Assembly (NCBI GenBank): GCA_051362555.1
Contig: CM120640.1
Coordinates: 60,428,788 to 60,492,787, forward strand
Reading direction: 5' to 3'
Source of the DNA: Lingula anatina
Taxonomy: Eukaryota; Animalia; Brachiopoda
Length of the DNA: 64,000 nt
Positions 37,737-51,427 of this stretch are shown piece after piece. Below the pieces are notes generated by a model. It worked only from the letters and a program-made list of their open reading frames with translations. It was not told the DNA's origin and searched no databases. The translations under genes were made by a program, and so were the position numbers. Positions within the stretch are counted from its first letter, which is position 1, and the number at the start of each line of letters is the position of its first letter.

Positions 37737-38736
37737 ATTCCCCTATTTCTCATCATCATCATCATCATCATGTTTATTATTATTGTTGTGTGTTGAAATA
37801 AAGAACATTTTAATCTAAATCCCTTTAGGCCTACTTTTATTCGTTTTTCTTGCGCAAGTTATCAATATGAAAACTGCGCAGATCTGGGCCTCCAGTATAT
37901 GTAGGCCTACTGTAGCTTTGAGAACATATAGCCTACGCCTACATGAACGTACGCATGCTTGTAAACATGCATCTACACACACATTACCAAGCGGTGAACA
38001 AGAGAAGTTTTAATAAGCTTATCACTTGACTTTTCAAAGATAATTAGAGTCTATATTAATCCACTATAAAGCCGAAAATACATTAAAAGTACCTCATCGG
38101 TTAACCCAGTTGATACAGCAGATGGGACACTTCGACGGTATAAGTTAATAAATCAGTTAAACTTTAACTAAGGCGCGTGCCTGCCGCGAGGCAGATTTAA
38201 TCGTATTGGTCAAGATTTGTTTAAACTTGTAAGTTTCAGATAGAAGATTATCTATTTAATTTCCAATAAACACCTCAAATTATCTCGGCGTGACAAATTG
38301 TAGATAGACTTATTGGTTTATTGTTAAATATTAAATGTATTACTCATAAGGATTATATATTACTGTCTTATCAATTCCCAATACATTGGTCCACCCAAAA
38401 CATAAACATTTATATATGTATATTAATCGTAAGAAAAGCACCGAAAGCGCCTTGTCTTCTATAAATGATCACCTAAAGGTCTTGAACTATTAGGAAAACC
38501 CTCTAATATGACTGGCAATAACTTACTTATTTGACATGATGTTTGAGATACAGTTCGTGTACACAAAATTTGTCGGGGCGTGATTGAGTAAGTGCATTAT
38601 TTTTGTTCAGTTGTTCTATTCGAAAGCAAGGGCCATATCGTATCAAACACGATGTTAAAACTTTCGATTAGGAACCATGACGTTAAAGAGAGTGCAAGGA
38701 CGATGGGTTTTTATCATGGTTTTATGCTACCTGGTA

Positions 38737-38740
<4 letters not shown>

Positions 38741-38773
<33 letters not shown>
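38741..38773. repeat. (CT)n microsatellite
   Basis: Direct CT run; a second lies at ~39493-39520. Confidence 0.95.
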
Positions 38774-38775
<2 letters not shown>

Positions 38776-41700
38776 GCATGACTAAAGTTACTGATGTAGG
38801 TTACCTCATTATCTTTCCACGCGACTGATGACTTCGATCACATAACAATATCTGCCCAAATTTCGACCAGTCTCTCCAATCCCCGATATATAATCATCCC
38901 AACCAATTAAACTGATTATGTCAAACCAATCATCAGAACGTACCACGCTTCTAGACTGCATGATAGAGAGCATGATTAGATGAGTGAGTGAACGCCGATA
39001 ACGTAGGGAGCGTGCACAAACCATTGCCCTGGAAACCGACAAATAGCGCCGCTGTCGCCCTACAACAGATTGTATGCGGTTTGAATATAGCCTTCATTTA
39101 GAAGCATAGATATATTATCTAGACAGCCTTCAGTCGTAAAGATACGGTTGTATAGCGTTTTAAACAACAATCTACCTATTCATTACAGTGTCTGATCCAG
39201 AGAAAGGGCACAGTGGCCACGTACCGTACCTCACCCCACTTAGCTTTGGGGGTATTCCCTTCTACCCCCTCCACCTACCCCCAACCCCCAAGGAAAACCA
39301 ACCGACCAACAAACAAACAAACAAAACAAAAAGCAATATAACCAGCGAAAAGAGACCAAAGTAAGCAGTTTCCATCCCTGAATCCAACATATTACAGAAA
39401 AATTATGCTCGTCTAGTACCTGTAGACCTTGTTTGCCTCGTTTCGCTCGGCAAAAATATCTTTGTACAGATTCCTTTCATCATGATTTCAATCTCTCTCT
39501 CCCTCTCTCTCTCTCTCTCTTTAAAATTGAAAAGGGTAATATCAGGATGAATATCTCCCATTGTCCTTGAACGTTATACCGTATTATCATGCTAAGAATA
39601 TACTTATGTTTATTTTCACAATTTTTACTACTTTTATTGTATTTCCACATATTTCTGTATAAACAGACTTTATCTTTATTTAATCTAATTGAGAAATTGG
39701 GTCTGCATACCCCTTACCTGACTTGCGGCTCACCTGTCGTCATCAGCGCGTATCAGGGAAGATATCTGAGTTTGGGGTACTACGTGAGATATAATAGGGG
39801 CAACTTTGCAAGGGTGGACGAGACTAGGGTATGAGATTACCTAAGTCTGATATTGTGTATATACTAGTAGGAAGTAGATATTGATATGTAAAGTATTTTA
39901 CATTTACCTGTCTGTCAAAATAAACCCCCACAAAGACACTTGTGTGGCGCAATTGTAAAAATCCCTACAGTTGGATTTGATGAATGACTGTCAAAATGTG
40001 CAAAATGTAGATGGACAAAAGTGTTAATATGACAGGACAGTACGTGACGTCACAAGCAGCTATTCGACCCGACAGAAAAGAGGTACAGGTGTCAAAAATT
40101 AACTCATTCATTTCTCAAATAGAGTGCCTCAATATATCTGCTCAAAACAGTTTTTATGCCATATTAAGGGTCAATTCACCAAGTAAAATAATTATCTCCA
40201 CTTCCCCGCTTCTGATCTGCGCATCTCAGCGTCCAGCCAATCTAAGCAGCTGGTGACGCACGCTTATAACTAATATAAAGCTATCACTCACACATATTTG
40301 TATTTATCTATATTTATCTTTTTATTTAGTTATTTACTTTTTCATTTTGATCTTCTGATACATTTTGTGTAAACAGAATCTGTATTACGTTGCAAGTTTA
40401 GGCATTTTTACGATTGTATTTACAATCTAATCTTATAATCGATCCGTAAGAATGATTCATTAACTGATTTACAGAATGCACGAGATTCCAGACAACATTA
40501 AAAATAAACAAATGGATTTTCTAAATCCTCTAGTTTGCATTTTCTTTCCTGCTGTAGTTGAGTATTTGATGACATGATTCCTCTTCCTTTTTTACACCTC
40601 AAGCCCCGAGCATTTTGGCCAAGATAGACCAGCTGAAGAATAAATGTGCTAACCAAATCTGTTTCCGTGCTATACTGCCAAACTTTCTTTGACAGAAAAA
40701 CGAGCGTAGCTCGGGGACGTTATCTAACATTTATTGACCTCATCTTACATTGGTCACTAATCGCAAAGTCCATTTTTGGTAAATAATGATCTACCGGGTT
40801 ACTAATTTCTTTTCCCCCATCTTTTCGCCTGTATACTCAAAAATTACTACTTTTATCATATTTTGTAGCAATTGTTATATAGCTTTTATGCATCACAAAT
40901 CGTATATATGAAAATTAGTTAGATAAATAAATCATAAATGAATAACGCATTGATTCTTTCAAGGTATGTATGTTACTTAGTTTTTTTTTTCTCTCCGCAG
41001 GTATGGATTGAAGTTTGGATTGAGACCAGTCCGAATTAGCCTCCATATAAGAGCAAATGAAATTGCGAGATTCTTCATTCACTCTGCTTTTGCAGGTCTA
41101 TACATAAGTAGATACAAAAAAGGAGAAGCTTTATTAGAAATAAACGAGAAAAAGCAATTAAAATTGTTCCAAAATAAGACTTCACAGAAAATAAAATGTC
41201 GTTTTCTAAAATAATTTGCTAGATAATCGAATTGTACCAACTGCAACTCGAGGCTTTAGTTATTTAACAAAATAGATTGGAATAAGTGTATAATGAATGT
41301 TAATCTGTCAAAAAAACTTTGAAGAGCGTACGTAAGAATAATATTATATTACCTATTGTCACACTCTTTATTTGCAAAATAGTGAATTATTAATCATGGC
41401 TTATCAACATTCTCCAGGGACCTTCACTTATGTTCATAACACGTGTTGGGCACTGCTGTTTTGTTGACCAAAGAAGAATACACACGTAGTTAACTTCAAG
41501 TGGTGTCCATTGATACAGCATATCACCATGTCCAACCCTTCGACGGCTTTCTTACTACATCTTCCAACCGATCTAAAGCGATAGGTCAATCCATTGGACA
41601 CGTCAATCGCCCAGGTTATCGTCACGAGGAACTGGACCTTCATACCCGATGGGCTGACCGGTGATTGTAATGAATGGATTGAAGATAACTCCTCTGTCAA

Positions 41701-44700
41701 TAACAAATACATTGTAAAATCGTTTTGTAACAACAGTAACGATTTATTATCATTCACTTGATCTTATACATATCGTAAGTGGCCTAAGTTTATTTCAGTC
41801 AAATTTAATTTAATAACTTTTATTACACATATTAACTTTTATACATATTTCATACACCATTGTTTTGCTTATGAGATTTGTACATTTTCACCAAATGCAC
41901 TTAGTGTAAACATTACGAAATATTTTGTGACAATGTGACAACTAAAATGTTCCCTAACAAATGATGCAAAATCAAATATTTCCCATCTTACCCCCAAAGC
42001 GCCTTTACGGATTTGTTATCCTACCCTGTTTAAAATAACGCACACCTTTTGGGAGGCATCTATGTTGATCCCTTTAGTTGCTGTGATACTCCATGAGGCA
42101 ACACTGGAAAAGTCAGTTAATGCATATCCTCCTCGTTACAGTATGATTTAGATTACACTGAAACAAATGATATATAACGTTTACATGTTTTAATGCGGTA
42201 TTCTGTTTTATGGTAAGAAACTACATGTCTTGTAACTGGTTCAATATAATTTTGAAAGATATACGTTTTCCTTTTTCTTTTAAAAAGATGTTATCCTTGC
42301 TTTAATGGATCTTAAACATTTCACAAATTACGTGACAGGAACAAATTTACAACATTTTACATGTAGCTGTGTCATGCTCTCCAACAGTGTATATCTTGCT
42401 TCCTGACATCAAGGCACTGAAGTGTCTCTTACACGGTCTGTGTAATTAAAATAACGCCTCGCTTCCAAATAACTAATTCAGAATCAAATTTACACATTGG
42501 GTAAATTGCCATGATATCATTTCGTCAAAGATATGAAGATTGGAGCCAAAACCAGAAAAGGTCAACGAACTGGTACGAGGTTCTGGCAAATAGATTTTAC
42601 ACAGTCTTTAACAAAGGTGAAAAATTGCTTCGGAGCTCCAACGGTCTAATACAGAGTGTTTCAACATAAATGTGAACTGTTTGGAGGTTTATATCTTTTT
42701 TTCGGGGTTGAAAAATAGAATAACATTTGTATATCATCCAAGAAAATTGCATGGTCAACCGAAGCTAAAACATTCTGTGTGATTATCAACCCAGAGACAA
42801 AATCGTTGAAAACGGTGCAGGTACGATACTGCAGAATGATTCATTTCAATAACTTTCCCCACAAGTTCCAAATTACCCGCAAGGTAAAGAAACTTAAGGA
42901 CACATTAGCATTGAAGTCCACTAAGAAAGGGCAACCATCAACAAGTGTCCGAAGTTAGCTGCAAGACCGCCTGAGAATTGGGACACAGTGCGAGATTCTT
43001 TTGTTAAGACTCCAAGTATGCCATTTCATTTCATTTCGGTTTTTAGAAAATCCGAAGTTTTTTCTCTTTCTTTTCTGGTTCGTAACTTTTGATCGTGTAG
43101 ATGAAAATTTACCATTATAAAGCACGTTTATTAGTTAAAAGTGAGTAAACATATGATACGATCTACATCGAATTTGGAAATAGAGAACTGATTTTTACAA
43201 ACCATTCAAAGTCAGTCCATATCCAATTTGTATTAATGTACATACCAAAGAAGCAGATTGTTTAGTTAATGCATTATAACTAGCTTTTTAAAGTTCTGGG
43301 TTAAGCGGCCAGCACAGTGAAATATAAAATAGGCGCCCCAGCATAACCCAAGCATGAAATAATATTATTATCAAACCATCTAACTCCCCTATTCGAGTTT
43401 GTCTTTAAACAGCTTTATCTAAAGGTATATTTTCCGCATTGCCTTTACCTTAAAGACCTTCAAAACTATTAAAACCTGCAAATGAAAGTACCATCTCGAT
43501 ATTTCCTAATGAAATGTACAGAAAGACATGGTGGTCTAAATGGTTGTCCAGTTATTTAGAACTGAATTATTTGATCAGAAATGGAATACAATATCGAATC
43601 CGGGTCGAGCAATGATTCGTGAGTGGGATATAATTGCTTTTTACTCGAAGACAATCTGATTTCGAGGGAAATCCCAAAAGGAAGTTTGTCGAGATCTCAT
43701 AGTTGTTTTCCGAGAATGGTTTTACTAGTGAATGTACAACTTTTCGATATCTGAAAGTATGATTTATTGTCTCTGTTATCATCTCGTGTGTACTATAGTC
43801 AAGTAGACTTATATAACATTTCCTTAAGTCGTTGATGATACGCCTTTATCGAGATATGTCTTGTCTCATGAAGAGTTTAGAGTTTAATTAAGGCAGATAA
43901 CCCTACCTGGCACACGTTGGGCACGCGACCCCTAGACTGACGCGGTGGTTGGATAAATACATGTACCTTCCTGAACAATGCCGAAGGACTTCGAGTTTAA
44001 TCGCTTAGTGATCTTCGAACTGATATTGGATTTACTGATGATCAGTTCGTCATAAACATTACGCAAAAGAGCCATGGCACATGTTTTGCCAAAAGTATCA
44101 TAATCATAATATAGCATTTTTCAAGTCTTGTTATTTTCGTTAACATCACCGATTATTATTGTCCAGGACACCTTGATAGGGGATGGCCGGGCATCAATCT
44201 TTTTGTATGATAAACATTTTTTCTTTTAATGTAGCTTTTAGTTGGTAAAGAATATCTAGATCTTCTTGACTTGAAAAGCCATTAGTTGTTCTATTAAAGT
44301 ACATTTGACGTATTATTTAGTATTGGACGTTGAATGGAAGACAAAGCAACATTTTTTAACTTCTCTCTTCCTTCTTCAATGTAATTAATTGATCACTGCC
44401 AAGGGTTTAACTTATCGTGAGCTGATGTTGATATCACAACCGCTTAAATAAAATCAGTGCACGCTGATTCACATCCGCGAAAACGCTGGACCACAGTCCA
44501 CGCGTAAAATTGCGCCCACCAGTTGAAGACGCGCCCGCGTGAGGTGTGCTGCGGGTGATAACGCTGCGTCTATACGCCTTCATTCAATTATAAATTTGAT
44601 ATTTTCTGTGTGGCCCACACGTGTATCGAGATGCGGACATTTAATCTTAATGAGTTCAAAAGTCAAAGACAGTAGTGTAAATTTATTGTTATCGACAAAA

Positions 44701-47700
44701 TAGCAGAAAAAATAGTTTAAAATTCGATATGAGGAAGCAGTAGAGCGAATGAGTGCTTAAAGGAGCAAATGAAACTTGCGGTGGTTCTAAATATAAACAC
44801 AAGGAAATGATGTTCGTTTACAGAATACATATTAAACTTACATTTGAATAGTCTTCTAGACTATCTTTAGAAAAGTTTTTTATGACAAACTTCTCCCTAG
44901 ATCTCTAATTAAACATAATCCTAGATATTTTGTGAGTTTTCATTGGAACATCTTTTAGTTCAAGACGTGGCTGGAGGTCGTGTTTTGATGGCAATATCTA
45001 GGTTTAAACAATTCAAGTACTCGGTTCTCATATTCGTCTTCAGTTTAATTGTTATTTGTTATTATTCAACTTCACTTTAATCATGGAAGCAGAAGTAAAG
45101 CAACCCCTGGAGCTGTTGGATGATGTCAACGGAGAGAGAACGTCAAAAAAGAACCCGGATCTTTTTAAAAAGATGTTATGATCCGTGTATAAACAGAAGT
45201 ATAACATATGAACATGTTTACCTCATTTCGTGCAATATCTTTGTTTGATACATCATCCTAAATTACAACGTATTTATATGATTTTGACAATAGTATTTTA
45301 TGATTATTATTGTTGTTAACCAGCCCCGCGCGACACAGATGTGACAGTTCTTTTGATATTGAATATTATAATAATGTATGGGTAATGTATGGTTCGCCTG
45401 GGGCGACTTAGGTCCCTGTAGTCTGGTGAGAGGTGAGTGGATGTTCTTGAGGGTGACAAAACCACCTTCATCAGTCTCCTGCTGTAGTTGACAGTGGGCC
45501 AACCAACAAAGCTTTTTATCTATAGGGAGGAGACGCTTCACACCAGCCCAGGTGCTCCAACCGCAGCTCTGCGCAGTGTATGATGCTGGACTTGTGCCCA
45601 TTGTTGACAGCACATGTGATTATGAGCTAATTCTTTATAATTCCGCCGCCAGCTCCGACATGACCTTGTCACATGGGCAGCTCCTGCCATTTTAAAAGTC
45701 TGACTGAAATATAGTTTAAATTAAATAAAAATGCTCGGTTACTCAGATGAAAATACAGAAAAATAGTTTTCTAAAAGACTGCACGTAAAATGACCTTTAA
45801 ATGCGACAGTTTTAAGGAGACAGTTGAAGGTGATGATTTGGTATTATTTCAGCATATCATGAAATGGTATGTTAATGCCTGGTGTGCGTGAGGTGTGATA
45901 TCGCCCTGTGCTCTGAATATCAGCGCTCTGTTATCCTCTATCAGCAGGTATATAAAACTTAGCTCTATCTATCAGGATAACTTTGTTTCCACATGCATCC
46001 AAGTTACTAACCAACCAATCGCATTTATCGCCTTTAGTGAAGTTGGAACAATGATAAATTTCGCCCTATTCCCTAATCCTAGTTAATTTTTTAAAAGTTG
46101 GTATTTATTAAAGTTCCATATCATTAGAGAAGTTCACTGTGAAGTGAACTCAGAAAGGAAGTTTAGGAAAGGAAGTTTTGGAAGTGGTATTTGCCTGTGT
46201 TGTTTATTAGTATCGATGTGAAGCTGATCAATCACAGATGAAGCACTCTTTGTGCGGATTTAAGAAAGTCTGATTTTCAGAATCAGTTTCAGTTTCAGTT
46301 TTCAACAGTCATCAATGGACTTCAACAAAAACACTGAGAAGATTTCTTTAATTGAAAAACACACTTACAATACAGTAGGACAAAAATTAAAACCTGAGAG
46401 GGGGTGTTTTAAATATAGAAACAAAGTTAAATAGTGTACAACCAAGAAAGATATTTTTCAACTGAAATTCAAAACTTGTGAATAACAGGGAAAAATTAGT
46501 AATGGTTAACCACAATTTTCACAGTGTTACAGTGTCGTGCAAAAATGTATGAAAAATTCGCAAAGTTGATTTCGTCAGAATTGAAAAATTATTAGGCTGC
46601 ACTTATGGCAATTTTTAGCTGTGATTTTGTTAACTGCGAAAACGGTTGTTTCAAAAGACAGAAAAGGGGGAAGTGGAACGATAAGCTGATGTTATGATAC
46701 ATGGTCATAACTCTGCTTATCAAGTCATAAAAGTAACGGAACGTGCTGTTCACTATTCACAGAGTCAAATGTCTGCGTTCAGCTGTAGATGGAGTGCTAT
46801 TCCACGAATTAAAATTCAATGGATTGCTAGTTTTGTAAACAGGCCTCTTTCTTACACACTCGACAGACCAAAACATTGGGGTTTATACACAAGATAAATT
46901 GGTAAATACAAACATCGATGTCGACATCAGATCTGACAGCAAACAGCAGCCATCGGTGAAGCCGTGGCTCATTTTATCAGTGCATGGCGGTGATGGTAGA
47001 TAGGGTGGCTTGTCGTGACACTGAATCACCTTCATCTCTCTGTGTTATGTCCCGTCAGCACACGTAATGTACTAACAATGCAGGTATGCAGCGCTGTGTT
47101 ATACAATCAACTGATTACACCCAAGTAGCAAGCAAATAGTTGGTTTAGATATTCGGCAAACATTTAAATATTCATATATTCCTGTGGTGTTGACATGAGA
47201 CATGCCGCGCCATGTATCGATACTAATTGTTAGATCATTAGGGCATGTGTATTAGCATGTGACCGAGTAACCATCTTGATTTACCACTAGTCACATTCCA
47301 CTCACGCTCCCCGCTAATCTCTGGCGTACGGGACACGGTGTCGGGGACTGGCTTTGAATTACTTCGCCAAACATGAAGAAATAAGCATGGAAATTTAAAC
47401 AAAATTCTACCGCGGCACTAAAGGACATGATCTCGATCTACGCGCACTGGGACAGGTCACAGGCATTTTTTAATATTAAAACTAATATAATTAAATTGAA
47501 AAAAACCAACCTAGGTTTTACTGTTGACTTAAAATTTGAGCAGAGCACTGAAAAGTGTATGTCTGTATCAAAAATAAGTCTTCTTGGAAAATGGGTCTGA
47601 AATACAAATGCCTATCTTTGTTTATCTGTGTAATAAGTAACTTATTGAAAAATACATACTTCTAGCACTCTGTTTGTGTGGGGTAGAAAATTAAAAACTT

Positions 47701-50700
47701 AAAGACCCTTAAAAGCAACAAAGATTGTCAAATAAGTTTTTTCATGCTAATTATATTATAGAAATGTGTAAAATAAGATAAGTTACAGTGTTCTAATAAA
47801 GAAGAAATCTGATTTTTTGAAAGATTCTGAAAGATTTTTTGTTGAAATCATTTTAGTTTTAAGCATCTAATGTTATGTCCTTCAAACTTAAACAAATGTT
47901 TGGTATCAAATTCCTATACATACGGTCAGACCAAAACTGTGCAAAATTCCTAAATCATTTCAGTTTTAAGTGATTTTTTAAATTCAACATGAATTATTAT
48001 TCTGAAAATAATTGTGTGCGCACGTGTGTGTGCGTGAGTTAGTCCTACCCGGTTAGAATAAAACTAGTAGCATACCTGTTAAAAACGTTCGCGGCTTGTG
48101 CACGCGCTTGACCTGAACTAAGGTTACTAAGGTTGCGTTTTCGTGTTATTTTGATTTATAAAATTTAACGTTAGTCTTCTAAACCCAGTAGCTCGTTACT
48201 TCCAATTTGCACTGGGAAGACATGAGGAGTAAAGCTCCTCTATTGGCAGTCTTCCAGCTGTTGCAAAAACTTGCAAAAATACAACCCGGCTTTCTAATCA
48301 GCTACAGGGAACTAGTCCGTGCAACTCGGTAAAAACCCGGGCTAGAAAATGCGGCTGTTCCGAAAATTAATTTGAAACAAAACAAATGAAGTCTGTGAGA
48401 AAACTTGAGCAGCGAAAGCAACGTCTGTCGTGTCGTTGCGCCTTCCAATCATTGCCGCGATTAGGACGCCCGGTGACGTCAATGGGTACTTGACGGTACC
48501 TTTTGAGCCGTGACTTTGTTAACGCAGTTTTGAATTAAACCCAGTTGTTTTTCCAGGGAAAAGGTACAAATCCAGTGGATGGCTGGGAACTTGTGAAGAT
48601 ACTTCTGGTTTGGATTGACTTCCTGACCTAGGAGTATCACATCAACACATACGATCCAGGAGTCAACACCACTGTTATGATGCGCCTTTCCATCAAACGC
48701 ACAACATCAAGTAGAAACAAAACCCGAGTTTTGGAACTATGGAAATTCATGCGTAAAATGTTGGAGTCCTGTGACGGCGTGACGTATCCAATGCTCTTAA
48801 CACTGTCATTAATTCTGATTAAGTTTGCAGGAATTCGACCCGAAAATGTTTGAGAAATGACTGGTCCCACATATGGTTTTGCACGATTTGTGGCTTTGTG
48901 AGGCCAGCTACCACGCGAAAGATCACAAGTAGAAATTTCAATTTTGAACGTTTACATTTGTTTTTTCTGGCAGTTAGCCTTTTCTTTTCAAATCACATCA
49001 TCACAAAATGAATATAAAGATATATAAACAACTTATGGACATGACATATTCAGATTATTATAGGAATTTGAAATCACGATTCTTTTAAACACGATTCTCG
49101 CGACCTTTAGGGAATGTACACTTTCCCGCACATATTTTCTATACCCTAGATCTAAATAAGAGTGCTATAATTGAAAACAAAACTGATCAACTTGCAACTA
49201 CGCCCTAACAATGATCCACCGTGCCAGACGCTTTCCCGCTGCGTTGCGTTGTACTTCTCAAGTTGTGCTGGGGCATAAAGCAACAGGAACGGGACCCAAA
49301 ACACCAATAACACGCACTTAAAGAGGCTGAGAAAAAGCGAAAAAAAAATCCAAGGAATATATATATTCAAATACAATTTATTACTGCTTCATCAAAAACA
49401 GATAGGATAAACAATATTTAAATAAAGTAATTAGTGAATAATTTAGACATATACATTTACAATTTATTACTAAACATTATATTCATCATCTTCAAAATCA
49501 GTTTTTACAAAATGTGTGCTCTGGATAATGAGTATCATCATTATCACCATATAAAAATAGTACCATTAAAATCAAATAAAGCTTTATATACCGTAGTTAC
49601 GCACTCCAGTGTATTAGACTCGCTTTAAATGTTTATAAACTAACTTAAGGACCACTTACAACAGGTTATCAAACAATTTTAAAAGTTTAACACAAGACAT
49701 ATTAACAACAAGGAGGGAAGTCCACACGACAAGTTAATCGCACGTGATATTAAATACCAGATAACAGAGAACGGACTGGGAATTAATTAACATCCCATGC
49801 TCGGGTCTTCTCAATAAAATCAGTGGGGCTGCGTTAGAGAAAGGCGTTCAAGGGGTCTTTTTTAAGTGAAACCCCATTAGCTAACCCGACCAAATAAAAC
49901 AAGTATAGCTTTTATTCCTTTCTTGAGGTGACCCAATACTAGAGTACGTGTACATTCCGTGCACTCGAATATTAGAAAGTAATACTTCTACCTACAGCAG
50001 TTTCAATACATCACCACTAAGAATAGTGGTCCTGAAAAATATAGGCACATAATGGCCATTTTGGATTGTCTAGAAAATGAAAAATGCTGACGAGGGTAAG
50101 AGAAAGCTGCGGCTTTTGGCACAAGTGAGCGGTTTTACTGACTAAATTCGTCAGTAGCACTGAAGGAGGGCTGTGAAATACATCAAGTCCCGCGACATGT
50201 ACGTACACGGACACAACGACTTCGGTCATAAATCACATCGGTAGCTAGGAGGTTCTTTGGATTCTCTTTGCTGAGTTTACAAACATTTTGTAAACCTCTT
50301 CAATCAAACTACTTCAACTGCGATACATAAATGTGTAGAAAGTTATGTTCTGCCGTCAGCAGAGGGAAGAATTATAGTACCTGCTATTTGGTCGCCTCCA
50401 CAACAAACAAGTGTGATGAAAATAAAACGGGGAACACGTCATTAACATTAATCAGAAAATGATCGACACTTTTTCGTGGCTAAAATATGCAAACCTAAAA
50501 AAAGCAAGTAAATTCGATTAACATCTTGATAACCCCTGGAATGCCGGGACGCTACATGGGTCCAGTTATAATTGATGATAAATTCTGACCGATGTCTATA
50601 TACATAAAAATAACTTAAAACTACAGAATATCCTCAATGTATTTTATAATACAGATTAAATTCATAGAACAGGAACAAAAATAACAATTAAAACTAATCT

Positions 50701-51427
50701 TGCAATTAAAAGTACTGCATGTAAAAAATCATTCCTATCAAAATGTTTGCATCAAGAGACAATTAAATTATATGGATTGCTAGTCTCGATCAAAAAACCT
50801 CCCAAGCTGGTACAGAGCCAACTATTCCTTCAGTCGTCTTTAAAAGTCAGTCTCGGCTTTCAAACGCACTCAACCCGACTTCTCACGGTACTCTTTGCAC
50901 GTTTTCTTCATTTCAGTTTTGTGGTCCCAATTTCTTAGATTTAATGAGAACAGAACATAACCCTAGCCCTATACACATGCACCGTCGGCTCACCAGGGCC
51001 GCACACATCACACTCACACTACAAGCCGGGATACATGTTACTCTTGACTCATAAAAATGGCGGGAATATTGCAGACGACACTGCACCAGAGGCAGTACTG
51101 GAATGGACAGACTAATCCTATGTGACGGAAGAATTAATAAAATGCTAGTAAAAGCAACTAAATGTGGTTTCTATGGACGTAAGCTTTAGAAATGCAACTT
51201 AACTCGATGTAATATTAAAGGCCGGATTAGAAACTAAAATGGAATTCGGTAATTGTGCAACTCCCTAACATATGGTCTGGCCTGCCAGTACCATAAAAGA
51301 CAATGTGACAAAGCACAGCTTTCCTCAATATTATTGCCACTGATTCATTATGTGTGTGTTGTAAGATTTAGTTATATCAGTAATTGCACAACACGTTCAC
51401 ACATTTACCTCTACGCACTTCAGACCC

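Noticed and set aside
41434-41757. 107-aa ORF and other 60-116-aa ORFs between 38 and 51 kb
   Set aside because: No recognisable domains or consistent exon chain.
43560-44050. TCGA-rich stretch and similar patches at 39698-39850 and 48030-48360 suggesting old MITEs
   Set aside because: Could not define TIR pairs or TSDs with confidence.
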